From assembly GCA_041649675.1 (NCBI GenBank), contig JBAZMQ010000002.1:65920-129919 (forward strand): a DNA stretch of 64,000 nt, in the 5' to 3' direction. Position numbers and translations under genes: made by a program. How positions within the stretch are numbered: position 1 is the stretch's first letter; each line of letters opens with the position of its first letter. Shown here one piece after another: positions 1 through 8,976 of the stretch. Origin of the DNA: Patescibacteria group bacterium (GTDB lineage Bacteria; Patescibacteriota; Patescibacteriia; Buchananbacterales; UBA6539). The notes under the pieces are model-generated. The model was not told the origin of the DNA and searched no databases. It saw only the letters and a program-made list of their open reading frames with translations.

Positions 1-365
1 TTAATAATTTCTGGCACCGAAATCAATTTAAAAAAACTGGCCAAAAATATTTCATCCAAAATTACCAGATTAAATTTAGAACTTTTTAAAATTTTCTTGC
101 AAAATTTCAAAGCTTTTTTAGCTTCAACTTTATCATTGGGTTTACCTAAGCCATAAATAAAAGTTTTTTGGCCAAAGCGCTTGACTGTAATTTCCGGCAG
201 TTTCTTTAAACTGTTTAACTCGCTGTAATCCTGGGCTTTAAGAAATTGAACAATATACACTTTAAAACCCGCACCTACAGCGCGCAAAGCCAAACCTAAG
301 GCGGCTGTGGTTTTACCCTTACCATTGCCAGTATAAATATGAATTTTGCCTAAATTGCTTTTCAT
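1..365 (-). CDS. cobO: cob(I)yrinic acid a,c-diamide / cob(I)alamin adenosyltransferase (CobO/BtuR-like), 3'-partial (C-terminus beyond window start)
   Basis: Minus-strand reading from ATG at 363-365 gives MKSNLGKIHIYTGNGKGKTTAALGLALRAVGAGFKVYIVQFLK..., with the P-loop GNGKGKTTAA and overall colinearity with E. coli BtuR. The start overlaps the upstream gene's stop in an ATGA motif. Confidence 0.75.
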   Translation of the reverse strand, partial: MKSNLGKIHIYTGNGKGKTTAALGLALRAVGAGFKVYIVQFLKAQDYSELNSLKKLPEITVKRFGQKTFIYGLGKPNDKVEAKKALKFCKKILKSSKFNLVILDEIFLASFFKLISVPEII

Positions 366-838
366 AAATCTTCTTCGGTCATTACCTTAATACCATTTTG
401 CAAAAGCAAGGCGGCTAAAACCCCATTGCCTTCAACTAAAGTCCGGGAAAAATTTCCATCATAAGTTTTGCCGTGGCCACAAGAGGGACTTTTAGCTTTT
501 AATATTGCTAAAGTTGCGCCAGTTAGCTTGGCGATTTGCAAAACTTCTTGGGCACCTTTAATAAACTCACCAGAAACATCCGTACCGTCCGGTTCCACGA
601 CTTTTACCTCCCCGATTAATACTCTATCACCCTGACCACCGTTAATTTCGGCTCCGGGCCGTGGAGTACTTTGGCCGCCATAAATTTCGGGGCAAACGGG
701 AATAAAATTTTTATCTTTAACAAAATCTAAAACCTTCTGATTAAGTCGATTACCACCCTTATAATCACAGTTTACACCTAACAGGCAGGCGCTAACTAAA
801 ATTGTTGGTTCTTTTGCCATAATCCCATTATAAATCAA
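362..838 (-). CDS. DUF523 family protein (YbbK / TudS-like, Cys-rich)
   Basis: 158-aa ORF with VSACLLGVNCDYKGG...CPE...SPSCG spacing, typical of the DUF523/TudS family. Family assignment is from memory of the motif pattern. Confidence 0.55.
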   Translation of the reverse strand: MIYNGIMAKEPTILVSACLLGVNCDYKGGNRLNQKVLDFVKDKNFIPVCPEIYGGQSTPRPGAEINGGQGDRVLIGEVKVVEPDGTDVSGEFIKGAQEVLQIAKLTGATLAILKAKSPSCGHGKTYDGNFSRTLVEGNGVLAALLLQNGIKVMTEEDL

Positions 839-1029
839 TCCTTTGCCGTTGACAAAGTATTCCTCATTGTGCTAAAAACAAGATGGCAAAAGAGATAGTC
901 TCTGGCGCCATTGAACACTACAATTGGCTTTATTTGCTTTAGAGCAAAAAAAGCCGGCTTCTTTTTTCGAAGAGAAGTGCACAGCTGCTTTAGAGCAGCG
1001 CCTGCTTTAGCAGGAAAAGGATAAAGATA

Positions 1030-1809
1030 ATGGGAGAAGATAGAAAAAATCTGACAGAAGCATTGATATTCCAAGCGGTAGAAAAACTGTTTGGACAGTC
1101 AACACTTACATTGCTAAAGGAACTTCAAGATTCTGCTGAGATGTGCCGGCAAATTGAGGCCATTGTTATGGCCGAATACAAAAAACCGGCCAACCAGGTA
1201 GAAATGCTTTGGCTACTGCTTCGTTTGACTGAATACAAAGTGCTGTTGGCGGCGGTGTCACCTACCACAGCTTCCGGTGATGATAACCAACTGAAAAGTA
1301 ACTGTGGCCTGGCTGTATTAAACAAAGCCATTGAAATTCTTGGCTACAAAAATTTGCGGGCAGCAGCAGTCGGAGAAATGCTTTACCACATGGCGGTAAT
1401 CTGTATCTTCAACCATGACTTGGAAATGAGCCTTGGTTTCTTCAAAGTTATCGTCAATTTCAATTTCAGTTCGGGCGGTGATTTAGATACGGAAATAGCC
1501 AACGCCATCCGGTTGGCAATAGTCAATAAAAATTCGACAGAAAAAATACCTTTGCCTCGTCTCCTCTGCTATTCTCAGATGCTTATGAACCAGGCGGCGG
1601 CGCAGACAGAGGCTGACAAAGTTAAGCGGGCAAGACCGCTGCTGAAAGTTTTACTTCATGCCATTATCAATACCCTGGATTTGCCAGAGCTTCTCTGTGC
1701 TGCTGAAATCTTGAAGTTGCTGACGGTAACTAAAGAAAATCAAAAACAAGGTTTGGAATTTCTCAGGGCACTTATGCCGGTCTTGGTTACGGCAGCGGAA
1801 GCTGAGTAG
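1030..1809 (+). CDS. hypothetical protein (259 aa), no recognisable motifs; slightly elevated GC (~44%)
   Basis: Long uninterrupted ORF in an otherwise gene-dense region; helical, Leu/Ala-rich. No homolog recognised. Confidence 0.45.
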   Translation: MGEDRKNLTEALIFQAVEKLFGQSTLTLLKELQDSAEMCRQIEAIVMAEYKKPANQVEMLWLLLRLTEYKVLLAAVSPTTASGDDNQLKSNCGLAVLNKAIEILGYKNLRAAAVGEMLYHMAVICIFNHDLEMSLGFFKVIVNFNFSSGGDLDTEIANAIRLAIVNKNSTEKIPLPRLLCYSQMLMNQAAAQTEADKVKRARPLLKVLLHAIINTLDLPELLCAAEILKLLTVTKENQKQGLEFLRALMPVLVTAAEAE

Positions 1810-1838
1810 AAAAATGGCTAAAGCAAAACCAAAACATT

Positions 1839-2099
1839 TTGCCCCATCACCATTTCGCCATCAAAGACCACGGCATCTGCCATTTGTGCAATGGTATGAT
1901 AAGCGCTGGCGATTATTATGAAGGTAATGTCTTTGTTGAAATTGTCAGCCAAAGAGGCAGGCGAAAGAAAAAAGAAATAAGGGTAATAAAAACCCACTTT
2001 CCGTGCCCTGACGAACTAGACGAAATGGAAAAAGAAGCCGCCCAAGAACGCCAAGAGGAAAATGGTTTTCAAGGCGAAATTTTTCAGTTAGCTGCCTAA
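1839..2099 (+). CDS. hypothetical small protein (86 aa)
   Basis: ORF 29 nt downstream of the previous gene, followed by an intrinsic-terminator-like hairpin plus T-run. Confidence 0.3.
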   Translation: MPHHHFAIKDHGICHLCNGMISAGDYYEGNVFVEIVSQRGRRKKKEIRVIKTHFPCPDELDEMEKEAAQERQEENGFQGEIFQLAA

Positions 2100-2121
2100 A
2101 ATGATTTAGGTGGCTTTTTTT
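2095..2121 (+). terminator. candidate rho-independent terminator (CCTAAA-atga-TTTAGG stem, then tggc + TTTTTTT)
   Basis: 6-bp stem with 4-nt loop followed by a 7-T run immediately after the stop of ORF 1839-2099. Confidence 0.4.
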
Positions 2122-2364
2122 ATTATTAAAAAGCAAATCCCCGCCTAGAGGGACCTGCTTTCGTGTTTGTTAGTTAAACTTTAACTTAAGCCGCAAAGTT
2201 ATTCACAGAGCAGTTTAAGCTATTTATATTATACCAAAAATACCATGATTAAAAAAGAAGAGGGGCAAGACCGTGCAAAAACGACCTGCCCCTGATAAAA
2301 ATACCCTCCAAAAATTGCGGCGGACCAAAGACCAAAACTACGAAAGGAACCAGGGTCCAAAGCC

Positions 2365-3114
2365 CTAGATGTAACTACTGCACGAGGCTGAACCCCACTT
2401 GGCACTGACATGGTCGACGCTACTGTAGTAGAGCCTGGGCTCACCGCCGCCGCGACACAGGTTGGGCACCTTGCCAGCGTCCTTAAACCGCGAACCAGTA
2501 GCATCAACGTTGTGCCGCGCGAGAACATCTGTATGGATGTCCAGAGCAATGGCGCCGGTTGCGATAACGCGCAGACGGCCTTGGTCCTCGATAATGGTTT
2601 TTTCGTCTTCCGGGGTAGTTTTGTCGGTGCAGAACTGCTGGCCGTCTTCCACGTCAGTCAGCCACCAGGCGATGCCTTCAGGCAATTCCACTTCGTCGGT
2701 GATCTCGTCGTCGGTCAGGTAGTTGGTGCCATCATTGCCTATGTACTTGGCCATCAGCATTTGCACACTGGCGGTCAGAAAGTCCTTGCTGATGGCGGCA
2801 AGTATTGGCAGATGGGTACCGATGATCGGCACGTTCGCGACCTTGGCAATCGCCGCTTCTCGTTTGGACTCAAGGCAGGTGACAATCGCGTCAATCTGTT
2901 CTTGCGTGACCTTGCCTTTTGCGACGAGCTCGCCGAGCCGCTGCCGCAGACAGGCGACCTGCTCGTTGGCCATGGCCAGCAATTCCTCGGCTGTGTAGAC
3001 CTTGTGCTTGCCGACCAACCCTTCCTTGATCTTTCCGAGAACTTCATCAACCTTGTCCGGCGGTACGTTGATCAGGACATCAACTGCCTCGTTCACAACC
3101 TTCCTCATGTCCAT
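2365..3114 (-). CDS. hypothetical protein, compositionally atypical (~58% GC) ORFan
   Basis: Start chosen at ATG 3112-3114 (MDMRKVVNEAVDVL...), preceded by a strong SD GAAGGGAGAAACAAAC. The six-frame ORF extends further 5' to 3243 but lacks an RBS there. Acidic, Ala-rich; no family recognised. GC far above the window background. Confidence 0.5.
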   Translation of the reverse strand: MDMRKVVNEAVDVLINVPPDKVDEVLGKIKEGLVGKHKVYTAEELLAMANEQVACLRQRLGELVAKGKVTQEQIDAIVTCLESKREAAIAKVANVPIIGTHLPILAAISKDFLTASVQMLMAKYIGNDGTNYLTDDEITDEVELPEGIAWWLTDVEDGQQFCTDKTTPEDEKTIIEDQGRLRVIATGAIALDIHTDVLARHNVDATGSRFKDAGKVPNLCRGGGEPRLYYSSVDHVSAKWGSASCSSYI

Positions 3115-3261
3115 GTTTGTTTCTCCCTTCGGAAACCTATGTTTGCCACTGCTCTCCGTGGCTCGAGATTTTCTCTGAATTTCAACAATATTGGTACTAA
3201 AACAATAACATGATAATATATCATTTATTAAACCAAATGTCAATAATAAAATACCTAAAAA

Positions 3262-3298
3262 TAAACTCCCGCCTAGAGGAGCTTATTTTTTGAACTTA
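3262..3298. terminator. candidate bidirectional terminator / repeated GC motif (AAACTCC-cgcctaga-GGAGCTT flanked by A-run and T-run)
   Basis: Hairpin with A-rich 5' flank and T-rich 3' flank, about 70 nt downstream of the nrdJ stop on the minus strand. Contains CCCGCCTAGAGG, which is also present at 2143-2154. Confidence 0.35.
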
Positions 3299-3364
3299 TA
3301 TCCAGTTAATTAGACTGCTATACCAAATGAGAATAAACTTACCTACTGCTTTTTCTATACCAAA

Positions 3365-5719
3365 TTAACCGCATTTAGAAAAACCACAAGATCGGCACTT
3401 CAAACAGCCTTCGGAAATCTCTAAAATATTGCCGCATTCCGGACATTCCGGCGCCGTACCAAAATCCGCAATATCACGCTTAATATTTAAGCCATTGCCA
3501 TTATGAGAAACTGGCGCTGGATCTGGCGCTGGTTTAGCCATCGCCTCTTTAGTCACCTGATCAGCCGAATGAAATTCTAAACCCAACTTGGGCTGATTTT
3601 GAGTGATATGACGCTCTAAAATTTGAGCAATGGCGTCAGGCAGGGACAAAACCATTCCACCCTCAGTCCAAGACGGCATCGGCCCTCTAATCCCTTTAAT
3701 TTGCTTAATTACCTCTTCTGGCGGAATTCCGGCGCGCAAAGCTAGCGACAGCAAACGGCAGACCGCTTCTGACTTGGCCGAAAAGAATCCACCGGCCTTG
3801 CCAATTGTGGCAAAAACCTCAAATGGCCGGCCTTGCTCATCGTCATTAATGGTGGTAAATAAATCACCATAGGAGGTAGTAATTTTATAGGTAGTTCCCC
3901 GCATTGCTGCTGGCCGTTCTCGTTTATAAAAAGGTTGGGCCACAACTGGCTTTTCTTCCTTTGATTGGTGGGATTTACCAGTGGTTAGAACTTGGACTTC
4001 CCGGCTGCCATCACGATAGATCGTTACTCCCTTGCAGCCGGTTTCATAAGCCAATAAATAAGCCTTGGCAATATCTTCTTTAGTAGCGGTATGAGAAAAA
4101 TTAATTGTTTTGGAAACAGCATTATCAATATGTTTTTGAAAAGCCGCCTGCATCCGAATATGCCATTCCGGACTAATATCGTGAGCCGTGGTAAAAATTC
4201 TTTTTATATCATCGGGTATTTCGGCCAAATCTTTAATTGATCCGGCTTCCGAAATTTTTTCCATCAATTCTTTTGAATAAAATCCTCGCTCTTTGGCAAT
4301 TTGCTCAAAGTAAGGATTAACTTCAACCAATTCCACCCAATCATCACCCTTTTTGCCGATATGAGATTTACGAACATAGGCCAGGGCAAATAACGGTTCA
4401 ATGCCGGAAGAACAAGAAGCAATAATGCTCAAGGTGCCGGTTGGCGCAATTGTCGTTCGGGTGGCATTGCGAATACCTTCGCTTTCTGAAGTATCGTAAA
4501 TACTACCTTCAAAGTTAGGAAAGACGCCTTTTTCTTTGGCCAAAGCCACCGAAGCTTTGTCAGCCTCTTGTTTGATAAATCGCATTACTCTTTCGGCTAA
4601 ATCAATGGCTCTTTGGCTATTGTAAGGAATTCCTAATTGAATTAACATATCGGCCCAACCCATAATGCCTAAACCAATCTTTCGGTTATTGCGAGACATT
4701 TCCCCAATTTCTTTGACCGGATATCGGTTCATGTCAATTACATCATCTAAAAATTGAACCGCAATCTTTACTAATTCACCCAAGCGTTCAAAATCAATCT
4801 TGCCTTCCAAAACGAAATTGGCTAAATTGATTGAACCCAAATTGCAAGATTCAAAAGGCAGTAACGGCTGCTCGCCACAAGGATTTGTACTTTCAATCTT
4901 GCCAATATGAGGAGTAGGATTGAACTTATTTATTGTATCAATAAAAATTACTCCCGGATCACCATTTTTCCAGGCGTGCTCAACAATTTTGTCCCAAACT
5001 TCCTTGGCTTTTAGCTTAAAAGCCAGCTGACCATCGTGAGGATTGATCAAATCATACTCTTCGTCACGGTCCAAGGCTTCCATAAACCGGTCAGTAATAG
5101 CAACTGACAAATTAAAATTATTCAATTTATCATTATCTTCTTTAGCGTTAATGAATTCTAAAATGTCTGGATGATCTACCCGTAAAATACCCATGTTCGC
5201 TCCCCGCCGAGTGCCGCCTTGCTTGATCGTATCGGTTGCTGCATCAAAAACCCGCATAAAAGAAATCGGACCGGAAGCTAAACCGTTGGTCGTTTTGACC
5301 ACGTCTTTGGCCGGACGCAAACGAGAAAATGAAAAACCAGTGCCACCGCCTGATTTGTGAATTAAAGCCGTCTGTTTAATCGCTTCAAAAATATCTTCCA
5401 TTGAATCACCAACGGGTAAAACAAAACAAGCTGATAATTGGCCTAAATCCGTGCCCGCCCCGGAAAAAGTCGGACTATTGGGTAAAAAATCCAAATTGAC
5501 CATGATTTCCAAAAAGGCCCGCTCCAATTCTTCCTTCTTCTCTTTGGATAAATTATACTTGTCTTCGGCTTTAACAATAAAACTTGATACCCGCTTAAAC
5601 ATTTCCATTGGTTTTTCCACCACTTTGCCGTTTTCATCCTTTTGCAAATAGCGGCTTTCTAAAACCTTCAAAGCATTTTTCGTTAATTTCAGTTTTGGCT
5701 CACCAACTCCAAAAATCAT
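3365..5719 (-). CDS. nrdJ: adenosylcobalamin-dependent (class II) ribonucleotide reductase
   Basis: 784-aa ORF collinear with class II RNRs (N-terminal LESRYL, catalytic-core motifs, C-terminal zinc ribbon CPECG...CLKCRSCG). Confidence 0.9.
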   Translation of the reverse strand: MIFGVGEPKLKLTKNALKVLESRYLQKDENGKVVEKPMEMFKRVSSFIVKAEDKYNLSKEKKEELERAFLEIMVNLDFLPNSPTFSGAGTDLGQLSACFVLPVGDSMEDIFEAIKQTALIHKSGGGTGFSFSRLRPAKDVVKTTNGLASGPISFMRVFDAATDTIKQGGTRRGANMGILRVDHPDILEFINAKEDNDKLNNFNLSVAITDRFMEALDRDEEYDLINPHDGQLAFKLKAKEVWDKIVEHAWKNGDPGVIFIDTINKFNPTPHIGKIESTNPCGEQPLLPFESCNLGSINLANFVLEGKIDFERLGELVKIAVQFLDDVIDMNRYPVKEIGEMSRNNRKIGLGIMGWADMLIQLGIPYNSQRAIDLAERVMRFIKQEADKASVALAKEKGVFPNFEGSIYDTSESEGIRNATRTTIAPTGTLSIIASCSSGIEPLFALAYVRKSHIGKKGDDWVELVEVNPYFEQIAKERGFYSKELMEKISEAGSIKDLAEIPDDIKRIFTTAHDISPEWHIRMQAAFQKHIDNAVSKTINFSHTATKEDIAKAYLLAYETGCKGVTIYRDGSREVQVLTTGKSHQSKEEKPVVAQPFYKRERPAAMRGTTYKITTSYGDLFTTINDDEQGRPFEVFATIGKAGGFFSAKSEAVCRLLSLALRAGIPPEEVIKQIKGIRGPMPSWTEGGMVLSLPDAIAQILERHITQNQPKLGLEFHSADQVTKEAMAKPAPDPAPVSHNGNGLNIKRDIADFGTAPECPECGNILEISEGCLKCRSCGFSKCG

Positions 5720-5985
5720 AAATATTTATAATTACTTAATCTTTAATTGAGTGAACAAAAAATAAGACAATTGGTGCCTTATTAAAAATTTTTAACCAAC
5801 CACACTTTTATTTTTCTTTTCTGAAACTTATTTTATTTTTGATTTTTTGTTCCTACTTAATATTTTACTACTTCGTCTTTTTAAAAACAAGCTGGGCAAA
5901 ACTGCCAAAATAAAGGGTTATTTTACTTCATCTTTTTCCGGCTAAAGGCGGCGGGCAGGCCCGCCGAAATCACCAAAATCCAAAC

Positions 5986-7188
5986 CTACTTCATTTTTTT
6001 CCGGATGAAGGCGGGAATATCTAGCTCCTCCTCCTCGGGTGTTTTGTCAACTTCTTTAGCAAATACTTTTTTGACAATTTTTCTGGGCAGCCTGGTGATT
6101 TCTTCTTCTGACCGACGATTTTTAGCTTCAATAAACTCACTGGGCGTATAAGCTGATTCTTTGGTCGCTACACTTTCGGCCATATTGGCATTGCTGCGCG
6201 TTTCCCGACCAGAAAAACCAGTGGCAATAACTGTAATTTTTATTTCATCCTTCATGTTTTCGTCAATAACCGCACCAAAAATAATTTTGGCGCCCGGATC
6301 GGCTGACTGGGTAATAATTTTAGCCGCCTCATTAACTTCATACATGCCCAAATCTGCACCACCAACAACTGTAAACAAAATCCCCTTGGCCCCATCAATT
6401 GAAAGCTCAAGTAACGGGCTAGAAATTGCGGCTTTAGCTGCCTGAGTGGCCCGATTTTCACCGCTGCCTTGACCAATACCCATTAAAGCCGAGCCGGTTT
6501 CTTGCATAATCGTTTTGACATCGGCAAAATCAACATTAATCAAACCCGGCATGGTAATAATTTCAGCAATGCCTTGCACGCCCTGTTTTAATATTTCATC
6601 ACAAATTTTAAAAGCTTCTAATAAAGATGTTTTTTTATCAATAATTTGCAATAATCGGTCATTGGGAATCGTGACAATAGCATCAACTTTGTCTTTCAAG
6701 CTGTTATACCCTCTTTCGGCAATATCGCGCCGTTGGGCACCTTCAAACGAAAAAGGCTTGGTCACCACCGCTACGGTCAAAGCTCCGGCTTCTTTAGCCA
6801 TATTGGCAATCACCGGCGCTGCACCGGTACCGGTACCACCACCCAAACCACAGGTAATAAAAACCATGTCCGCTCCTTTAAGCAAGTCACGAATTTCACT
6901 TTGGCTTTCTTCGGCTGCCTTGTTACCAACTTCCGGATTCATTCCTGCCCCCAAGCCGCGAGTTGTCATTTTACCGATATGCAGCTTGGTATTGGCTTGA
7001 GAATGATGCAGGGCTTGAACATCAGTATTAATTGCCAAAAAATCCACTCCTTTAATCCTGGATTGGACCATTCGATTAATAGCAGCACCACCCGAACCGC
7101 CAACACCAACTACTTTGATTTTGGCAAAAGTTTCAATTTCTGGTTTGATTTCGGCCATAGAATTAGGCTTTATCTTTTTTATACTCAA
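5986..7188 (-). CDS. ftsZ: cell division protein FtsZ
   Basis: GVGGSGGAAINRM and GGGTGTGAAPVIA tubulin signature motifs. The true start may be the internal Met (MAEIKPEIETF...) about 10 codons downstream. Confidence 0.95.
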   Translation of the reverse strand: MSIKKIKPNSMAEIKPEIETFAKIKVVGVGGSGGAAINRMVQSRIKGVDFLAINTDVQALHHSQANTKLHIGKMTTRGLGAGMNPEVGNKAAEESQSEIRDLLKGADMVFITCGLGGGTGTGAAPVIANMAKEAGALTVAVVTKPFSFEGAQRRDIAERGYNSLKDKVDAIVTIPNDRLLQIIDKKTSLLEAFKICDEILKQGVQGIAEIITMPGLINVDFADVKTIMQETGSALMGIGQGSGENRATQAAKAAISSPLLELSIDGAKGILFTVVGGADLGMYEVNEAAKIITQSADPGAKIIFGAVIDENMKDEIKITVIATGFSGRETRSNANMAESVATKESAYTPSEFIEAKNRRSEEEITRLPRKIVKKVFAKEVDKTPEEEELDIPAFIRKKMK

Positions 7189-7212
7189 ATCCTCCTTAAA
7201 TTTATAAATAAA

Positions 7213-8457
7213 TTATCTTTTAAACCCCTTAAATTTACCAAACAACCCTTTTAGGTTAGGTAAATAATTAAAAATTTTACCAAAACCGTTTTGACTTTGC
7301 TGGCCCTGAAGCTGACTGCCCCAAACCACTAGCCCAACAGCTGTTGAAAATGCCGGATCATTGACCTTGTCAATTGCACTGGTAATACTTAATGGCCGGC
7401 TTAGGCTGGCGGGTAATCGTAAACGGATCTTAGCGGCTTCAACCAGATTAGTCAGCTTGGATCCGCCGCCGGTTAAAACGACTCCCGCGGGTAGCTTACC
7501 ACTTTTGTCTATCTTTTTCAACTCGGTATCAATCTTGTCAAAAATTTCTTCAACCCTGGCCTCAATGATTTCGGCAATATACTTTTTAGACACAAAATTG
7601 CTCTCTTTTCCTTCCAATTCACCAATATCAATCTCGTCACGTTTACCAATTCCTTCGGCAATTGCCGAGCCATATTCCAATTTTATTTTTTCCGCCGTAT
7701 CAATTGGAATTCTTAAACCAATGGCAATGTCAGAAGTGATGTGATCAGAACCAACCGGTAAAACTGCTGTATGTAAAATATCGCCTTCTTCGAAAACCGC
7801 TAAACTGGTAGTTGAACCGCCGATATTAATTACGACTACTCCCAATTCCTTTTGCCGATTAGTTAAAACTGCTTCAGCAGTAGCCAAAATTGAAAGGACT
7901 AAATCATTAATATGAATATGGGGCCGGTAAACTGCCTTGGTTAAATTCTTTATTTGTGAACTTAAGCCCTGAATAATTTGTGTATCCACCTCTAACCGTA
8001 CGCCAGTCATGCCTAAAGGATCTTTAATTCCACTTTGGCCATCAACGGTAAAACCTTTAGGAATAACATGTAAAATTTCGTAGTTAGGCGGCGTGGCCAC
8101 TGTCCGGGCCGCTTCTATTGCCCGCTCAATATCATCTTCAGAAATTTCACCATCAGAACGAGCCACCGCTACCACTCCCCGGCTCTCTTGGGAAATTATA
8201 TGACTACCGGATATTCCTACCCAGGCGCTATCAATTGGTACCCCAACCATTCTTTCGGCTTTTTCCAAACAAGCGGAAATCGAAGAAACCGCATCTTCAA
8301 TGCTACTGATTATCCCTTTACTAATACCTTCAGCGGCTACTTCCGCTGAACCAATAATATGAATTTTACCTTGTTGGTCGGAAACATTTTGCCCCACCAC
8401 CAGCCTAATAGCGGTTGAACCAATGTCCAAACCAGAAATGATTTCTTGCTCAGCCAT
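7213..8457 (-). CDS. ftsA: cell division protein FtsA
   Basis: 414-aa actin-fold ATPase immediately upstream of ftsZ (ISGLDIGSTAIRLVVGQ...), the classic ftsA-ftsZ arrangement. Confidence 0.9.
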   Translation of the reverse strand: MAEQEIISGLDIGSTAIRLVVGQNVSDQQGKIHIIGSAEVAAEGISKGIISSIEDAVSSISACLEKAERMVGVPIDSAWVGISGSHIISQESRGVVAVARSDGEISEDDIERAIEAARTVATPPNYEILHVIPKGFTVDGQSGIKDPLGMTGVRLEVDTQIIQGLSSQIKNLTKAVYRPHIHINDLVLSILATAEAVLTNRQKELGVVVINIGGSTTSLAVFEEGDILHTAVLPVGSDHITSDIAIGLRIPIDTAEKIKLEYGSAIAEGIGKRDEIDIGELEGKESNFVSKKYIAEIIEARVEEIFDKIDTELKKIDKSGKLPAGVVLTGGGSKLTNLVEAAKIRLRLPASLSRPLSITSAIDKVNDPAFSTAVGLVVWGSQLQGQQSQNGFGKIFNYLPNLKGLFGKFKGFKR

Positions 8458-8538
8458 AATTTTTAGACTCTTTCAAATATATAAGATATTTTAACATAAA
8501 AGTAATAAACCGACAACTCCTTTACCTGTTGATTAACC

Positions 8539-8973
8539 CTAACGGACAAGGATTTTCTCTTCTAGGCGTTGCATCACCTTTTTTGGCTTGGGCTTTTGGT
8601 GGTCATAGCCTAAAAGGTGCAAAAAACCGTGAATCAAAAGCATTTCTAACTCTAAATTTACGGAGTGACCTAAAGCTTTTGCCTGCTTGCAGGCCCTTGA
8701 ATAACAAATTACAATTTCACCCAAATAATTAGCTGACAGCTTGCTAGGTTTTGACTTATAATCTCTTTCGCTAAAGCTTAATACGTCAGTAACCTTGTCC
8801 TGCCTGCGATAAATTCGGTTAAATTTTCTGATGGTTGGGCCAGAGACTAACGCAATTGAAACTTCTAAATTATCTTTGAGCTTTAATTCCTTTTGAATTT
8901 TGACCAACCATTTACGCCAAATTTTTTGAGCAATCTTCTTTCCACTCTGCTGGTTAACCGCAAACTTCATCAT
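8539..8973 (-). CDS. ybeY: rRNA maturation endoribonuclease YbeY
   Basis: HGFLHLLGYDH (H-x3-H-x5-H) zinc-binding motif, about 144 aa. Confidence 0.85.
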   Translation of the reverse strand: MMKFAVNQQSGKKIAQKIWRKWLVKIQKELKLKDNLEVSIALVSGPTIRKFNRIYRRQDKVTDVLSFSERDYKSKPSKLSANYLGEIVICYSRACKQAKALGHSVNLELEMLLIHGFLHLLGYDHQKPKPKKVMQRLEEKILVR

Positions 8974-8976
8974 ACC

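Noticed and set aside
835-1074. 79-aa minus-strand ORF overlapping the start of gene 1030-1809
   Set aside because: No RBS; it overlaps the hairpin/palindrome-rich intergenic region and a better-supported plus-strand gene.
2410-3213. 267-aa plus-strand ORF, plus the 2462-2722, 2723-2998 and 2775-3050 ORFs
   Set aside because: These are shadow ORFs produced by the high GC of the minus-strand gene 2365-3114, which is the only frame with an SD and a sensible start.
5720-5985. AdoCbl (B12) riboswitch upstream of nrdJ
   Set aside because: The leader is extremely AT-rich and lacks anything resembling the B12 box (GCCACTG) or the conserved helices. The only structure is a GC hairpin at 5949-5975, which is better explained as an ftsZ 3' element.
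6161-7254. Plus-strand ORFs (94, 161, 173 aa) inside ftsZ
   Set aside because: Antisense to the unambiguous ftsZ; Pro/Ser-rich junk translations.
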